A DNA stretch of 64,000 nucleotides, taken from Takakia lepidozioides (taxonomy: Eukaryota; Plantae; Bryophyta). Every line of letters begins with the position of its first letter. The first letter of the stretch is position 1. Shown here piece by piece: positions 25,780 to 40,829 of this stretch. The translations under genes and the position numbers were made by a program. Location: the NCBI GenBank assembly GCA_030704615.1, contig CM060731.1, forward strand, positions 28,210,001 through 28,274,000. The letters are read 5' to 3'. The notes beneath the pieces were generated by a model, which worked only from the letters and a program-made list of their open reading frames with translations, was not told where the DNA came from and did not search any database.

Positions 25780-27380
25780 GCAGAGGGTGACATTAGATCC
25801 ATTATCAACGGAAATACTGACCTCATGCCCCATAAAACAAGGTGCATTGGGGAGGGAAGGACGGATACTTTGAGAGTCTTACCACCTGAAATAAACTGGA
25901 AATGAATGCGAGAAGAGTCCAACGAGGTATGAAATCTCCATCCTTCAATTTCATTCCTGGAAGTTTTTTCTGATTCAATGTGGATGACCCTCCCTTCGAA
26001 TTTGTCTCTTTCGACTGTGGATCTAGTTTCATGAACCTTCACTATCCTGTGGACGTTCTTTTCCTGACCCTTCCTGATCGTAACAGACGAATAGACTTTT
26101 CGGTTGAAAAAAGTCTTGCAGTCGGCTGTTAGCCGTATCCGGAGTCGGATATTTCCTAACGTGGAGGTTCGTAAAACTGGGAGCACATTTGCGAAGTGCA
26201 CGGAGTGTGAGATGTTAAAGGACCCGATCAAAAAGTCTGTCAAGAGAAGTGCGGAACAGGTGACAAACGAGCGCTTGATAAACATTTGAGGCACCAAGAG
26301 TCGTGCAGAAGACTGTACCATAGTTGGAGGAATGAGTCTGTTATGATTCCGGAGAAGTTTCTCTGTATTATTCACGGAAAAATGGATCATAGGAAAACAG
26401 CTATTCCAAGGCTTCAGACTCCAAACAAGATGATTTCTGGATTGGATCAACTTCCAGTTTTACTAACGGGAATGGTCACGCACGGACACGGTGATGGAGC
26501 TTACGGTCAGTATTCTCTTGAGTTCTGGAAGGGAAATTCAAACTTTACAATTGGTTCTTTGGCACGTTGCCTACGCCAACTAGAGAAGCCAACCTGTCGC
26601 GAGTCCAGGAACATTTTCGATTACGGACTTCCAAACGAGTTTTTTGAATAACTTTTAAGAGGTAAATCGAGATATTTGGATGCTCTTAAACCCTGCAGGT
26701 CGGAACTCCTGACCGCCAAAGATGTTTTTGAAGAGATTCAGCTAGGGTTTCTAATGGTCGGACACACTCATGAGGACATTGACGGCTTCTTCAGCTACCT
26801 TTCGAAGAAGCTAAAGGAACAAAGCACCTACATTCTTTCGGATCTGATGAGGTCATTCATGACTTCCCAAGATCTGCAGTTCATTCCACAAATTATTTAG
26901 GAGGTTCCCGACTTTAAGATTTTGTAAAGGGTTGTATTCTGGATGGAAAGAAGGCGTTGGTTGGGATTTCGGAGATGCACGTCTTCCACTTTTTTAAGGA
27001 TGTGGAGGGTTGGCCCATCATGAAGTATAAGAGTCAGCTACTGATTCGGATTGGCTTCCAACAAACAATAGCGTGAAGATGTGGAAATCCAATCCTAACG
27101 GGACTCCCAAGCTCCCTGAATGAGACCCGGACACTGTTTCAAGGAGACCTATCTGGGGAGTAGGGGACGACTCCTCCGAAAAACAGTCATTCATAAAGAA
27201 TAAAATAAAAAAATACAGGGATTTTTGGACGAAAGGAATGATGCTTGACGATCATTACAGAGGTCGAATGGAACAATATGACCAGTACTGGAGAAACATT
27301 CTCGCCAAGCTGGATAAGCCAATTTCAGAAACTCCCGAGCGTACTCATCTGCTTGAGGGATTCTGGCCGAAAACAAATTA
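25780..27380 (+). pseudogene. Sola-like / DUF7869-type DDE transposase relic
   Basis: DLMPHK; FAKCTEC; CIIHGKMD..KTAIP; NSNFTIGSL; FLMVGHTHEDIDGFFS. Many frameshifts and an internal deletion. Confidence 0.6.
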
Positions 27381-28839
27381 GTCCACGAATCATCGCAGAG
27401 ATGGAATCAAAGCACACTAATAGGACCCAAAAAGGATGTCACAAACTGTTTTCCAACATATATGGCGCAATCGATCAAAATTTAGGATATCGAGTTCAGT
27501 ATGAAACCACATATATGTTATATCATGGATGCCCTTGAAGTACTTGTCATGCCTATTTATATATATTTTTATAATTTGACACTTTTAAGTGGTCCTAAAG
27601 GAGTCTTGAATAACACAATGTTCAAATGTCCCAAAGTGTTATAGTCCTTTAGGACTCATTTTCACACCATAACCTGTGAAGGTCATATCGGGGATTTTCA
27701 TGTGCTTATGTAAGGTATGGAAGAATGCAAAAAAGACAGTAGACCTGCAAAACCAGAAAAATCCATTCTCATAGGAATTTTCTACTACGCGGTATGCATA
27801 ATTTAGGGGCACCAAACTTTGGTACTACTAAACCTCAAAATTTGAATATAGTTTCACCAAAAGTGTATAGCTGCTGAAAAGGAAGAAGGTCATGTCTCTG
27901 AAATGGCTACAAGGTCCTCCAATTTTGAATTTGAGGCCAAAAGGAGTTCTTACAAATAATGTATCATTCATTGCAAATTGTTTTAAAATTAAAAATATAT
28001 CAAATAAACTCCTAAAAATTATACGAGCATCTGCAGCACTAAAATAGGCATCAAACACACCAAACCCGGCCTGGATGTGATGAGGGGAAAGCAAATGGTG
28101 GCAAACGGAAGTCGAGTTAGTATCGTAAACTCAAAATTAGCGGTGTACGAGCAAAATTGGAGGTGTACAAGAAGGTGTACGAGTATCCGATGGATGGGGT
28201 CGAGGTGCCCACTATCATCCGTCAATTTCACCACGTTTTCATCGCAACATGTCATGTCCACGCGCCGCGGTGTAACGCGCCAACAGTCAAAATTTTGTCC
28301 TTTTCAGGAGTGTCAGTGGTACACATTAGGATGCTTTCACCCCAAAGTGGTTTTTAAACCCATTTCCAGTCCTTCTCTCAATGATTGCACTTGCTTTTTG
28401 CATAACCAATTCTCCCACTGAAGTCTCCCATTAGGATGAGCCTTACCCAATCGTTGTTGACATACTTTTCAATTTGCCGGTCGTGAAGTTTTTTCTCTGA
28501 GGTTTTCCTCCATTTTCCCTCTAAGCTCTACGACTTTTCTGCACCAAATTTTCGTTTCATTTCATTTGCACACTTCTCATCTGTGTCAGTGGTACACATT
28601 TCATATGTTCTTTTCCGTTGTTCAATTTTCATTTCTCATAGTTTTTACTTGGTGGTCTGACTTTTTATCCTCTCTCATGTTTTCTTCGGATCTATTTTCT
28701 CCTATGAGAACCAGACGCTTCCCAAAGTCGTTATGTAACGCCACTTTCTTTCCAAATCTCATAGGGTGTACTTTTAGCTTTTTTTTTTGGCAATTTAGGA
28801 TTTTGGATTGACATACATTTTTCATACCTTGCTTTTTAT

Positions 28840-30680
28840 GTTAGCATTACCCCTAAACCCTTACCATTTTCTGCATATGGCCCATGAACTATTCATACCA
28901 TAACCATAGCCATAGCCATAACCATTATGGTTATTGAAATGTCTTCTTCCTTCACTTTTGCGCTAGGTTTTTCCTTTGTTTTGGAATGACATGCACTTAG
29001 GCATGTTACAGTTTGCTTTCTATCTTACATCTTAATACCAAGTTCCAAGGACGAGTCTTTCATTTAAATACTTGTCCATAATATTAGGTTCTTCATTTTT
29101 ATTTTGCTTACTACCCTACTAACAACACTAAGTTCTAGCGACTGGAGTCTTCCATAAGTGTTTGTCTATTTTGTAACTTCAACAAAAACCCTAAACCCCT
29201 ACCCTAAACCCTTACTATAAAACCCTAAACATTTACCATTAACCCAATACCCCAGAAGCCTTATCCTTCCTTTTGCAAATTGAACTATCCATACCATAAC
29301 CATAACCATTTTGGTTATTCAAATCTCTTCAATGTATCCAAATTTTCATTTTGTACCCTAACAAAAACTAAGTTGTAGCGAGTGCAAGTCTTTCGACATG
29401 TATGCTCACCATTTCTGCCTTCAACCCAATCATAAACCCTCGTCGAAAACCCTAAACAAAACCCTACGCCATTATTATGTCTAAACCCTTACCCTTCTCC
29501 TGCAAATGGGAATGAAGTATCCATACCATAACCATATGTAACTATTATGGTTATTCAAATTTCTTCGCCCTTCACTTTGCTCTAGGTTTTGCCTTTGGTT
29601 TGGATTGACATGCACTTACCTTGTTTTATCGAACTTTGCTTTCTATGTATCTTAATACCAGGTTCCAATGACGAGTCTTTCATTTAAATACTTGTCCGAT
29701 GCAATGACTACACTTCCATAATATTTGGTTCTTCATTTTTATTTTGCTTATTACCCTACTAACAACACTAAGTTGTAGCGATTGGAGTCTTCCATAAGTG
29801 TTTGTCTATTTTATAACTTAAACAAAAACCCTAAATCCCTACCATAAACCAGACTTACTATGAAACACTAAACATTTACCCTTAACCCATTACCACAGAA
29901 CCTTTACCCTTGCCTTTGCAAATGTGAATCAACTATCCATACCATAACCATAACCATTATGATTATCAAAATCTCTTCAATGTTACATCCAAATTCTCAT
30001 TTTGTACCCTACTAACACACATTAAGTTGTAGTGAATGCGAGTCTTCCGGCATATATGCTCACCATTTCTGCCTTCAACCCAAACCCTAAACCCTCGTTG
30101 GAAACCCTAAACAAAACCCTACACCAATTTGTTTAAACCCTTACCCTTCCCTTGCAAATGGGAATATGAAGTATCCATACCATAACCATATGTATCTAAT
30201 ACCAGGTTCCAAGGACGAATCCTGGATCTAAATACTTCTCTTGCCCAATGACTCTTCCATAATATTTGTTTCTCCATTTTTATTTTTATTTTTATCCTAC
30301 TAACATACACCAAGTTCTAGCGAGTGTGAGTCTTCCATGTTTGTTTGTCCATTTGCACCTTAAACCCAAACCGAAAACCCTACTTTTATCATCACCCCTA
30401 AACCATTAATCTTACTACAAATCAATAATTTTAGTATACTACCCTAGTTACACTCCAAACCTTATTGTACTACCATGTTACCTATTCTCAATGTTTTATG
30501 CTCTTTTAATATTTTTTTTTGTTGGATAGGGATATCAAATCCCTCAACCATTTCTTAATTCTACCGAGTGTGAGTCCATCATATTTGTTTGTCCTTTTGT
30601 ACCCTAAATCCAAACCCTAAACGCTTACCCTTATTGTAAACCCAAACCTTATTGCACTACCCTAGTGCCTCTTCTGAATG
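28840..30680. repeat. Degenerate tandem repeat (about 550-620 bp units) rich in telomere-like AAACCCT and CCATAA motifs
   Basis: taatacca(a/g)gttccaa.gacga recurs at about 29033, 29653 and 30197; many aaaccctaaa motifs. Confidence 0.7.
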
Positions 30681-31455
30681 TTTCATGCTATTCTAATATT
30701 TTACTGCAATTGTCACATCCAAAACATGATTCATTTCAATGGCGTGGTATGTGAACATTGTGCTTGATATGAAGATTCAATCAATACTAGCAAGTTGTAT
30801 CGAGTATGATAGAGTAGGAGTCTGCCCCATGTTCGATGCGACCCATTTGCTTATCGTGATCATGCAATGGAATATTACATTATTCGACTTCCAAGTGGAC
30901 GTTCAATGAATTGTTCAATACTGCTACTTCACATTGAGCACTTCAATGTCAAATAGACCTCTTATATAACACATTTTGAAACAAGTATGACATCACCTGT
31001 AATTTCACAAAGTTCAATCACACATTACACCATGATATTATTAATATTTCAATTAAATTTAATTCAAATATATATTAAGTTTAGTCCGGATTTAAGCCAA
31101 AAGTCCAGAATTAATTAAAATAGTGTTTACATTAAGTCATGATATAAGTGGAAAATAACAAACGTGGAGCTGATGGGCGTAGCGGATTTACTGAGACGAC
31201 AAGCCCATGATGACACTCTTTGGGCATGTGAGCAAGCTCAAAATATGTACGATAAATTACAATGTCTATGCAGTCAATGTAAGGATGGTTACTAATATGA
31301 CTACTGTGAGAACATTTGATCCAACATAACCAATTCATGATAAATAAATATTAAATATTTGACGCCTCCTGAAGGAAGTGTAAATTATGGTGTCTCTTGA
31401 GTCTTCACCCTGAAGGGTCATTGCCTTCCACTAGGAAGGTGGACACCTTTGTGAC

Positions 31456-31527
31456 ACCAAGGGTGGATTGAACCCGCAACCACTTCCGAGGTGGTATATG
31501 TCCATTACCACTGGGCTACAACTTGGT
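31456..31527 (-). pseudogene. tRNA-derived sequence / SINE head
   Basis: A-box TAGCCCAGTGG, B-box GGTTCAATCC, terminal ACCAAG/CTTGGT pairing; cloverleaf is non-canonical. Confidence 0.4.
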
Positions 31528-32315
31528 TGTCAATCCATGATATTTAGAATTCACGTTCTTGACTTTTGAATTGTTGATCTTTTGTGCAATATTTTTCATG
31601 GTCTCCGTCAATTGCATGATCAATTTGCAGTATGGTAGCAAGGCCTACGATCATTTACTTAAAGACAATTTTAAGATCTATACTATAGTCAAACCAAGGG
31701 CTAGTGCCTTCTGTTTTGAAAGTGGACACGTTCCAAATGGCCATAATGGGGCAACATCATTGCCCAAACCTATTGTTAGAGTATATAAACCTCAATATCT
31801 TTTATTGGCTCCTTTTTATTTTAAAGAGCAGACCACGCATCATTTTAAAAAATCGCTAAGTCCTTGTTGTGCCTTTCCCAAGTGTCACCTCCTCTCCTTT
31901 GTTGAAAACTACTTCCATGATGTGCCTTCTCCACATAACATCTCCCTCAGGTAACATTTTTGTTATTGAGCAATTTATGAAAAATAAATGGATGAGTTTT
32001 CAGTATGGGTGGAAGTAGATTCCATTTGTTTTTTTTGACAGAACATGTCACTATTCATAAAGAAGAGCCATCCATTTGTTGATTATCTTTTATATCTTCG
32101 GACTACTGTTAATAATATCCCACGATGTTGTTATGAAATAATAGGAGACTTCAATTTGAATATTTTAAATAAAAATTCTTCAACCTATCAATTAATTTTT
32201 ATGAAAATAATTTAATTCAAGGCTACGATATACATGTGGACACATGGCAAGGGGATGGTATCCCCTATATACACTTTATGGCCTGTTTGTAAACCAGTTA
32301 TTTTCCCGTTCCCAT

Positions 32316-33513
32316 CAATATATGAAGCCAGACGTTTGTTTTGTTTGTTTTGTTTGTAGCGTGTCGTTGAGATCTCCAAACCGCGGCCCCAGCCCCAATG
32401 CATGGTGCGGTTGGAAAGCCCTCCATGACGAGGGGTGCACCGGCTCGGTCTCATGATTTTTGGACCCGCGGTGTGGGAGATATCGAATTTCAAGTACTTT
32501 TGGTGTCTGGAAATTCGAGCAAAGTGGGTTTTCCTGGAGCAGTGATTGGCCCTTCATATGGGAAATTTGGAATTTCAAGTACTTTTGGTCGCTGAAAATT
32601 CACAAAAAAATAGCAAAGTGGATATATTAATATATGAAGCCTCGACAGGGAAGATTGCAAAAATAGCAAAGTGGGCTTTGGGATTGCACTTGGACTAGGG
32701 TAGCCTGTGTCGTTGGCCCAAGTGCAATCTCCTATGTATCAAGTACGTCTCCCATGTCCGGGCCCAAGTGCGACGTCTAGGATAGCCTTTGCCGTTGGCC
32801 CATGTGTGAAAAATTGAAATCTAAGACCAAGTGCAATTTCCTGTGTATTGTTGTGAGTCTCTTACATCGAGCCCCATCTAAGCCCAGTGTGCAATCTCCT
32901 ATGTTTATCCAATCATTATTGATATATCTCCCGTCTATAGGGTAGCCTATGCCATTGGCCGAAGTGTCCAATGTCATCCAAGTCCAAATGCATTTTTTTT
33001 CCACATAGCCTATGACCAGATTTGAATCGGAGACCTTCATCTCTCCTGTCGAAGCTACAACCATTGTCCCAGGAATGCCCACTTTGCAATTTTTCATGAA
33101 TTTCCAGCGACCCAAAGTACTTGAGATTCCACATCTCCCACACCACAGGTCCAAAAATCGTGAGACCAAGCCCGTGCACCCCTCCTCGTCGAGGGCTTTC
33201 CAACGGGACCAAGCACCAGTGCTGGCCCGCGGTTTGGGACATCTAAACGTTACAAAACAAAACAAACAAACAAACTGGCTTCCTTCATATATTGATTGGA
33301 CACTGGAGGTCGCATTTGGGCCTCTACATGGGAGATGCACATGGATACATAGGAGATTGCACTTTGGGCTTAGATTTCAATTCTTCACAAGTAGGCCAAT
33401 GGCACACGCTACCCTAGATCTCCCAAATAGTGGGGTATGTGGATACATAGGGGATTGCACTCGGACATAGATGACACTGGAGTACACTTGGGCCAACGGC
33501 ACAGGCTACCCTA
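32316..33513. mobile_element. Cluster of non-autonomous Helitron-like repeats in both orientations
   Basis: 5' ends TCAATATATGAAG at 32316 (+) and about 33296 (-), forming about 190-bp inverted copies. Repeated GGCCAACGGCACAGGCTACCCTAG-T 3'-type ends at about 33513 (+) and 32696 (-). Confidence 0.45.
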
Positions 33514-36500
33514 GTTGTTAGTTTAATTAAGAAGCCATCTCCCCTTTCTTAAGGAAAAATCAATGCGTTGTAGAAGCATACTGGAGTGATTCATTTACCT
33601 AATCACGTCTCACAATATAGGTTGCCACATCTCACCTATTATATAAGTCTGTCTAATAATATTTTATACTAATATGAGGACCTGAGCCATTACGCGAGTC
33701 TCTTCGTCTCTTCCTAGTTCGACGTTGATATCTTCTCTTATGGTTTTGACTGGTAAACAGAACAAACATCTCCCTAACTCTGTCTCAAGCTTCTTGCCAC
33801 GAATCTCTCTTCCACTTGTTGCATTTCAGAAGAGATGTGATTGCAGGATGAGAGAAACAAGTAGATATAATCTAACGCCATGAAAATCTTTTCAAAATGT
33901 AACGTCTTTTCTTGTAATAGCTGCAAATTCCCATCATTATACATCAGGTACCGAATGCCAGAGAGAGGGTTAAGTAAAATTTGAAGGCTTGTTCTTTGTT
34001 GAGAAAGGACGTTCGTTCTCTTAGATTGATAGGGGAACCACCGTGAATCACAGGCTGCACCAGTCTGGAAGAAGGAGCCTGATGCAACGAATACCTTACA
34101 ACTTAAAGTAGACCGGTTCGAAGGGGGTGGACATTAACAATCAGTAGACTCATAAATCAGTTCGAGCACACCATGTGATCTTGTCACATATGTGCGATAC
34201 AGATACCAAGGTCTTTGTGGTAGTCTAGACATGAAGACCTGTATATTGGGGTTTATTGAGGAAGTTTGTAGTAGACTAGGGAATGGCTCGCTGGTGGAGC
34301 AAGAGCCCTCACAGTTCTGGAGTATTTAGATCCTTGAAGGGCAAACTCACATCTTTCCCTACAAGAACCCACCTCCTGCCCTGCATGGAGGTGGTGGGGG
34401 GCGGGGATGGCTGTACAGGTATACTGTGGGAGAACGTCTGATGCATGCTTGAAATGCATATACCACAAATCCATTCCTGGCCGATATCTTTATTCGAGTG
34501 ACTTCACATCAGATTCTACCTTTCTGGCACATGCTATTTTCCAGGTTCGAACTGTTGAGCACGCTGCCTTGAAAGTTACCCACCGTCCTTAATCTGAAGG
34601 ATACGGAGGGGGAGCTCGAGGTGGGGGTTGGACGGTAGGTGGACTAGGATCTATTATTGCAGGCGATGGCGGATGTCCCATCGGTGCTGGGATATGGCTT
34701 CGAGCCAGTTGAAACGCATGATTTGAGCCTACAAAACACATGTTCACTTTCGCGGTCAACGAGAAAGTCATGGGGGAGTGGGGGAGGTGAGGTGCAAGTC
34801 CACAATAACATACTCAGTTCTAAAAGTGGGCAGGGACCCTATTCAAAGCACTGGTAGCAAAGGACGGGAGATAGAATGAACTTGACTCCAGGGAGATCAT
34901 CAATTCAAGAGGCCGCCACTCCCCGTGTACTGTGAACTGAAATCGTGACCCATCACTTTTATTCTAGACATTACAGGATCATGAACGAGAACAATCTACG
35001 TTCTGGATGTTTTAAGAAACAAAATTTTCAAGTTCTGTACAATGTAAGGCTATATTGTTAAGGTTATGCAGTCGTACGTTACGGCAGCCCTGCAGGAATG
35101 CTTAGGGGTTTTACATTGATGTACGTGCGGACGCGCTGCAAAACCTTGACAATCCTCGGAGTCATATGTATTAGTCATTCTCTCAGTCCTTGTGATACCA
35201 GATCATTGCCGAGTCTTGTTCATCCTCCAAACTGGCTACAACTGCCATAGCTCTCTCGGATCAACTGTCATAGATCTCTCTCTCGGATCCAAATTATCGA
35301 TAGCTACGCCACAAAGGAATGCAGTAGAGTACTGTACATTTGGAGAATGTGTGTACCTGAGATCGACATTCCGCTTAGGAACAGGTGCCGCGATGTTGGA
35401 GTGTCTGATCTTGCCTCGACAACGAGCATGCTGCTCACGACCAAGAGCTGGAGCACCAGCACCCATGATGCAGTAAATGCCAAGCTCCGTGGATGCGCCG
35501 TCTGAAGAGGGTAATTTGCCATGAAACTCATGATATCTTCAGGAATTAGGAGCACTGGTAATTCGCAATCATTCACTCTGCTCTGTCTGAGTCTTGTGCT
35601 GGGAGACCAGTTAATCTGAGAACTCTCCCCACCGTGCATCTGCATCTATGTACACAACTTCACTACTGTCTCCCCTCAAACGACACCCTCAGAAGCCTCG
35701 ATGAGACCTCTTGACATTGACATTGGCCTGGGGACGTGGAAGTAAGACTTGTGTCAAGCTTCCAGGCTGAGACTTTTGAGAGCTGAACCCAGCTAGTGAA
35801 ACCTATGAGCAGATTCGCCGGCCTTGCCGCAGGTGATGGTGGTGCACAACAATCTGCAAGTCGAACGCTGCTTGTCAAACTTCCTTCCATTGCTGCTCAT
35901 TTATTACTGCACTGTTGTGGGTGCTGCATCCCGACGTGCGTAGGTCAACTGTATTTTACAATTCTTGTGCTAGTTTCTGGAGTTTGTTTAGCGAGTAAAT
36001 TCATGGCAAGTGCTAGAAAGACGCCGAAAATTTTGTCACTGCTGCTTGTTTTTGACATCGCACTCTTCACGGTGGGGCACAAAATACAAAATACCTCACA
36101 CGATCTACCGACACAGAATCTGCTGCGAGCACTTTGAGTATTGACTCTACCTATTTTGCGCTCTTCATGAATAAGGAACCAAGTACTGTGGACTGTGGAC
36201 CCGCAAGCTCCTCCAACAACTGCAAAGTGTCCCGGAAATACTGCCTCCTCTTCGGTTGCTCTCATCAGCCTCTGACAAAATATTTGGACTCAGAGTCTCG
36301 CGATACACACAGCAACCCACTTTTAATATTATACAATCATGACATATATGTACAAGAACATAGAGATGACTCGTTAGGCGCACTCACATCTACTATCAGA
36401 TCGTGCAGAGCAGGTCTGCACAGCTGCACCTCATTTCTTCATTGTCATCTCTATCAAGATTTGACCCCCTCACTTCTCATTGCTGGGACCGGAGCGTCAC

Positions 36501-37173
36501 CAGAAGCCTACTTGAGACTTGTTGTCTAACACTATGTTGAAACTAGGGCTTCGCGTTGCTCCGCACTACTAGCGAACGAATTCTGAGAACTATGTTCAAT
36601 TTTTCACAAAAAAGGGGTGGGTCACCCCCACGGTGTTACATGCAGAGATCCCGTGTTTTTTTTTATCTGGAAGAAAAGTGGCGGATCTGCATTTCAACAT
36701 TCAATTTTCACAAGCCACATCAATCAATAACAACATACCCAAATACCCTTACTGTATGAACTTTCAAGCATCCACCATGGGATTGGATCTTGGTGGGTTA
36801 AGGCTAGCTTTTGACAATATTCATGCAAGTTCATCAAGGGCTCCATCCAAAGCCACACCACGAGAAACAAACAAACAGGTCCAAATTTAAGATGCTGAAC
36901 AAACTTGTGCACAGGGCTGCCCCTCTCATCAAGCTCATTAAAATTCGTATTCACTTCCATCTTCAAGCTTTGGAGAAGCTCCACCACCCAAACCCAGAAT
37001 TAGGACAGCACCAGAATCAGTAAAAAATCACCCATTCATTCAAGTGCAATTGTGGGCTGACTTCCCACCTATGCCGGGTAGACCCCACTATCAGGAAATG
37101 GTGGATGGTCTGAGTAGCTACACATATCAATGAATGAAGCAAAACACTAGCATCTTTCCAAGAAAACATCTTT

Positions 37174-40100
37174 TCACCAGTAATCACCACAAGAACAAAT
37201 CCCATCTTCAAAGTGGTGGAAAGTAGTTAGCGTCCCATACAACAATTGCTCGGCCAACAATCTTTGAGATGAATTTGGTGGAGGTGTGGCAGTCTCCACA
37301 CACTCTAAGATTCTTGATGAGTCGTGTTGATCAGCCCAAAACCAATGGCCAACTTCTTACTGTGGTGGCAAACAAAAAATTCCTTTCCTCCACATCATGC
37401 AGTAAAAAACGTGTGTCAGGCATATACCCCGCCTCCATCTTCTCCCCAAACAATCTTCTCAGCTCAGCATGGATTTCCTTAATTCTATGATGTAACTTGT
37501 CATCTGGCTCCTTTCTAACCCCTCTGACCTTCATCATTCTTCTCACCTTTGCAGTATCATCCCACCTGCCAGCTGCAGCATAGATATTTGATATAGCACC
37601 ACATAAGTCGCGACATCCTGTTCATCCCACTTGAGGATAGATGTTGCCACACATTCAGCCATCTCCACATTGCCATGGATTCTGCAGGCACCAAGCACGG
37701 CCTTCCACACCACAACATCTGGATTGATTGGCATTTTATTAATCAGGTCCACTGCCTCATCCAGTTGTCCCGCACGTCCAGAAGGTCCACCATGCAGCCA
37801 AAGTGCTTTACTGTCAGATTGAATTGATACCATGATCTTGAATCAGGAATGGAAGTAGCGTCTACCTTCATTCAGAAGGCCAGTGTGGCTGCATGCAGAG
37901 AACACATACTACTTCAAGCCGTTCTTTTGCATTCCTTCAAATAGTTGCAGGACCTCCCTATGACAACCATGCTGTGCATATCCTGCGATCATTGCATTCC
38001 ACGACACCACATCTCATTCAGCCATATTGTCAAACACTCCCTTTGCATCCTCCATGCACCCACATTTGGCATACATGTCCACCAGGGCAGAGTTCAGGAT
38101 CACATCTGGTACAATTCCAGCTCTGACGATGTTGCCATGCACCTCTTCGCCCTTTTCCAGGGCTGTCGGGCTTGCACACGCACTGCAAACGCACACAAAC
38201 GTGATGTGGTCGAGCTTCACCCCGTCGCACATCATTTGCTCATAGGTCTCCAAAGCCTCCATCCCACGTCCCTGTTGTGCAGACCCTGCAAGCACTGCAC
38301 TCCACGATACCACACCTCGTTCAGCCATAGTGTCAAACATTCCCTTTGCATCCTAGATGCACCCACATTTTGCAAACATGTCCACCAGGGTATTGTTTAG
38401 AATGACAGCTGGTACAATTCCAGCTCTGAAGATGTCGCCATGGATCTCTTTCCCCTTTTCCAGAGCTGCCAGGGCAGTGTTTAGAATGACATTTGGTACA
38501 ATTCCAGCTTTGACGATATCCCCATGCACCTCTTTGCCCTTCTCTAGGGCTGCCAGGCTTGCACGACGCCACATCTTGTTCAGCCATAGTGTTGAACACT
38601 CCCATTGCGTCCTAGATGCACCCACATTTTGCAAACATGTCCACCAGGGTATTGTTCAGAATGAAATCTGGTACAATTCCAGCTCTGAAGATGTGGCCAT
38701 GGACCTCTTTGCCCCTTTCCAGAGCTGCCAGGCTTGCACACGCATTACAAACGCACCCAAACGTGATGTGGTCGGGCTTCACCCCTTCTCCCATCATTTG
38801 TTCATAAGTCTCCAAAGCCTCCATACCACGTTTTTGCTGTGCATACCTTGCAAGCATCACGTCCAATGGCACCACATCTCGTTCCGCCATATTGTTGAAA
38901 ACTGCCTTCGCATCCTTAATGCACCCATATTTGGGCATACATGTCCACCAGAGCAGTTTGCAGAATGACATCTGGTACAATTCCAGCTTTGACGATGTCA
39001 CCATGGACCTCTTTCCCCTTTTCCAGAGCTCCCCGGCTTGCACACGCATTGTAAACACAAACAAATGTGATGTGGTTGGGCTTCACCCTTTCGCGCAGTA
39101 TTTGCTCATAGGTCTCCAAAGCATTCCTACCACACCCATGCTTGGTAAATCCTGCCAACATTATGTTCTACATGATCAAACATCGTTGAGGCATTCTGTT
39201 GAACACTTGGTGAGCATTCATCTCTACATTGTCATGGATTCTGTAGGCACTAAACAAGGCCTTCCACACCACAACATCTGGATTGATTGGCATTTTATTA
39301 ATCAGGTCCACTGCCTCATCCAGTTGTCCCGCACGTCCAAGAAGGTCCATCATGCAGCCAAAGTGCTATACTATCGGAGTGACACCATGATCTTCACTCA
39401 GGGAATCGAAGTAGCATCTACCTTCATTCAGAAGGCTAGTGTGGCTGCATGCAGAGAGAACACATACTGCTTCAAGCCGTTCTTTTGCATTCCTTCAAAT
39501 AGTTGCAGGACCTCCCTATAACAACCATGCTGTGCATATCCTGCGATCATTGCATTCCACGACACCACATCTCATTCAGCCATATTGTCGAACACTTCCT
39601 TTGCATCCTCCATGCACCCACATTTGGCATACATGTCCACCAGGGCAGTGTTCAGGATGACATCTGGTACAAATCCAACTTTGACGATGTCACCATGGAT
39701 CTCTTCCCCCTTTTTCAGGGCTCCTAGGCTTGCACACGCATTGCAAACGCAAACAAATGTGTTGCGGTTGGGCTTCACCCCTTCGCACATCAATTGCTCA
39801 TAGGTCTCCAAAGCCTCCATCCTGCATCCTTGTTGTGCATATCCTGCAATCATCGCACTCCACAACACCACATCTTATTAAGCCATATTGTCGAACACTC
39901 CCTTTGCATCCTCGATGCACTCACATTTGACATGCATGTCCAGCAGGGCAGTGTTCAGGATGACATCTAGTACAAATCCAGCTTTAACGATGTCACATGC
40001 ATAAACCTCATTGCACCTTTCCAAAGCTGCCAGGCTTGCACACGCATTGCAAATGCACACAAACGTTATGCGGTTGGGCTTCACTCCTTCGCACATCAAT

Positions 40101-40650
40101 TGCTCATAGGTCTCCAACGCTTCTATCCCGCGCCCCTTGCTGTGTATATTCTGCAATCAGTGCCCTCCACGACACCACATCTCCTTCAGCCATACTGTCG
40201 AAAACTCCCTTTGCATCCTCGATGCACTCACATTTGACATACATGTCCAGCAAGGCAGTGTTTAGAATGACATTGGGTACAATTCCAGATGTGACGATGT
40301 CACCATGGACCACTTTGCACCTTTTCAGAGCTGCCAGGCTTGCACACACATTGCAAATGCAAATAAACGTTATGTGGTCGGGCTTCACTCCTTCCCCCAT
40401 CATTTGCTCATAGGTCTCCGAAGCCTCCATCCCGCCCCTTGCTATGCATATCCTGCAATCATCGCCCTCCACGACACCACATTTCTTTCAGCCATACTGT
40501 TGAAAACTCCCTTTGCATCCTCGATGCACTCACATTTGACATACATGTTCAGCAGGGCTGTGTTCAGGATGACATCTGGTACAAATCAGCTTTGACGATG
40601 TCACCATGGACCTCATTGCACCTTTCCAGGGCTGCCAGGCTTGCAAATGC
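37174..40650 (-). pseudogene. PLS-class PPR-E-DYW RNA-editing factor pseudogene(s) with internal duplication
   Basis: Repeated ALVDMYAKCG..AKGVFD.MAERDVVSW; E domain INPDVVVWKAVLGACRIHGNVE; [32 protein letters not shown] ending 37174. The E region is duplicated at about 39230-39680. Confidence 0.9.
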
Positions 40651-40829
40651 AAACAAACGTCAACAAGCTTATCCTCATCTATGTTATCTGTTTTTGGATA
40701 CTTTCCTGCTGCCACATCGGCAGTAATTTGTCAAAGTCACTCCTAACCACCACAGATACACCCAACAAGCTAACTTACAGAATTCAATATGCATCTCAGG
40801 GCCGAGTCTGATGAGAGAGAAAAACAGGC

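Noticed and set aside
31456-31527. Functional tRNA-Pro(CGG)
   Set aside because: A CTCGGAA loop exists, but arm spacing and the T-stem do not fit a canonical cloverleaf.
33700-37100. Host gene suggested by several short ORFs
   Set aside because: No recognisable domain or consistent exon chain.
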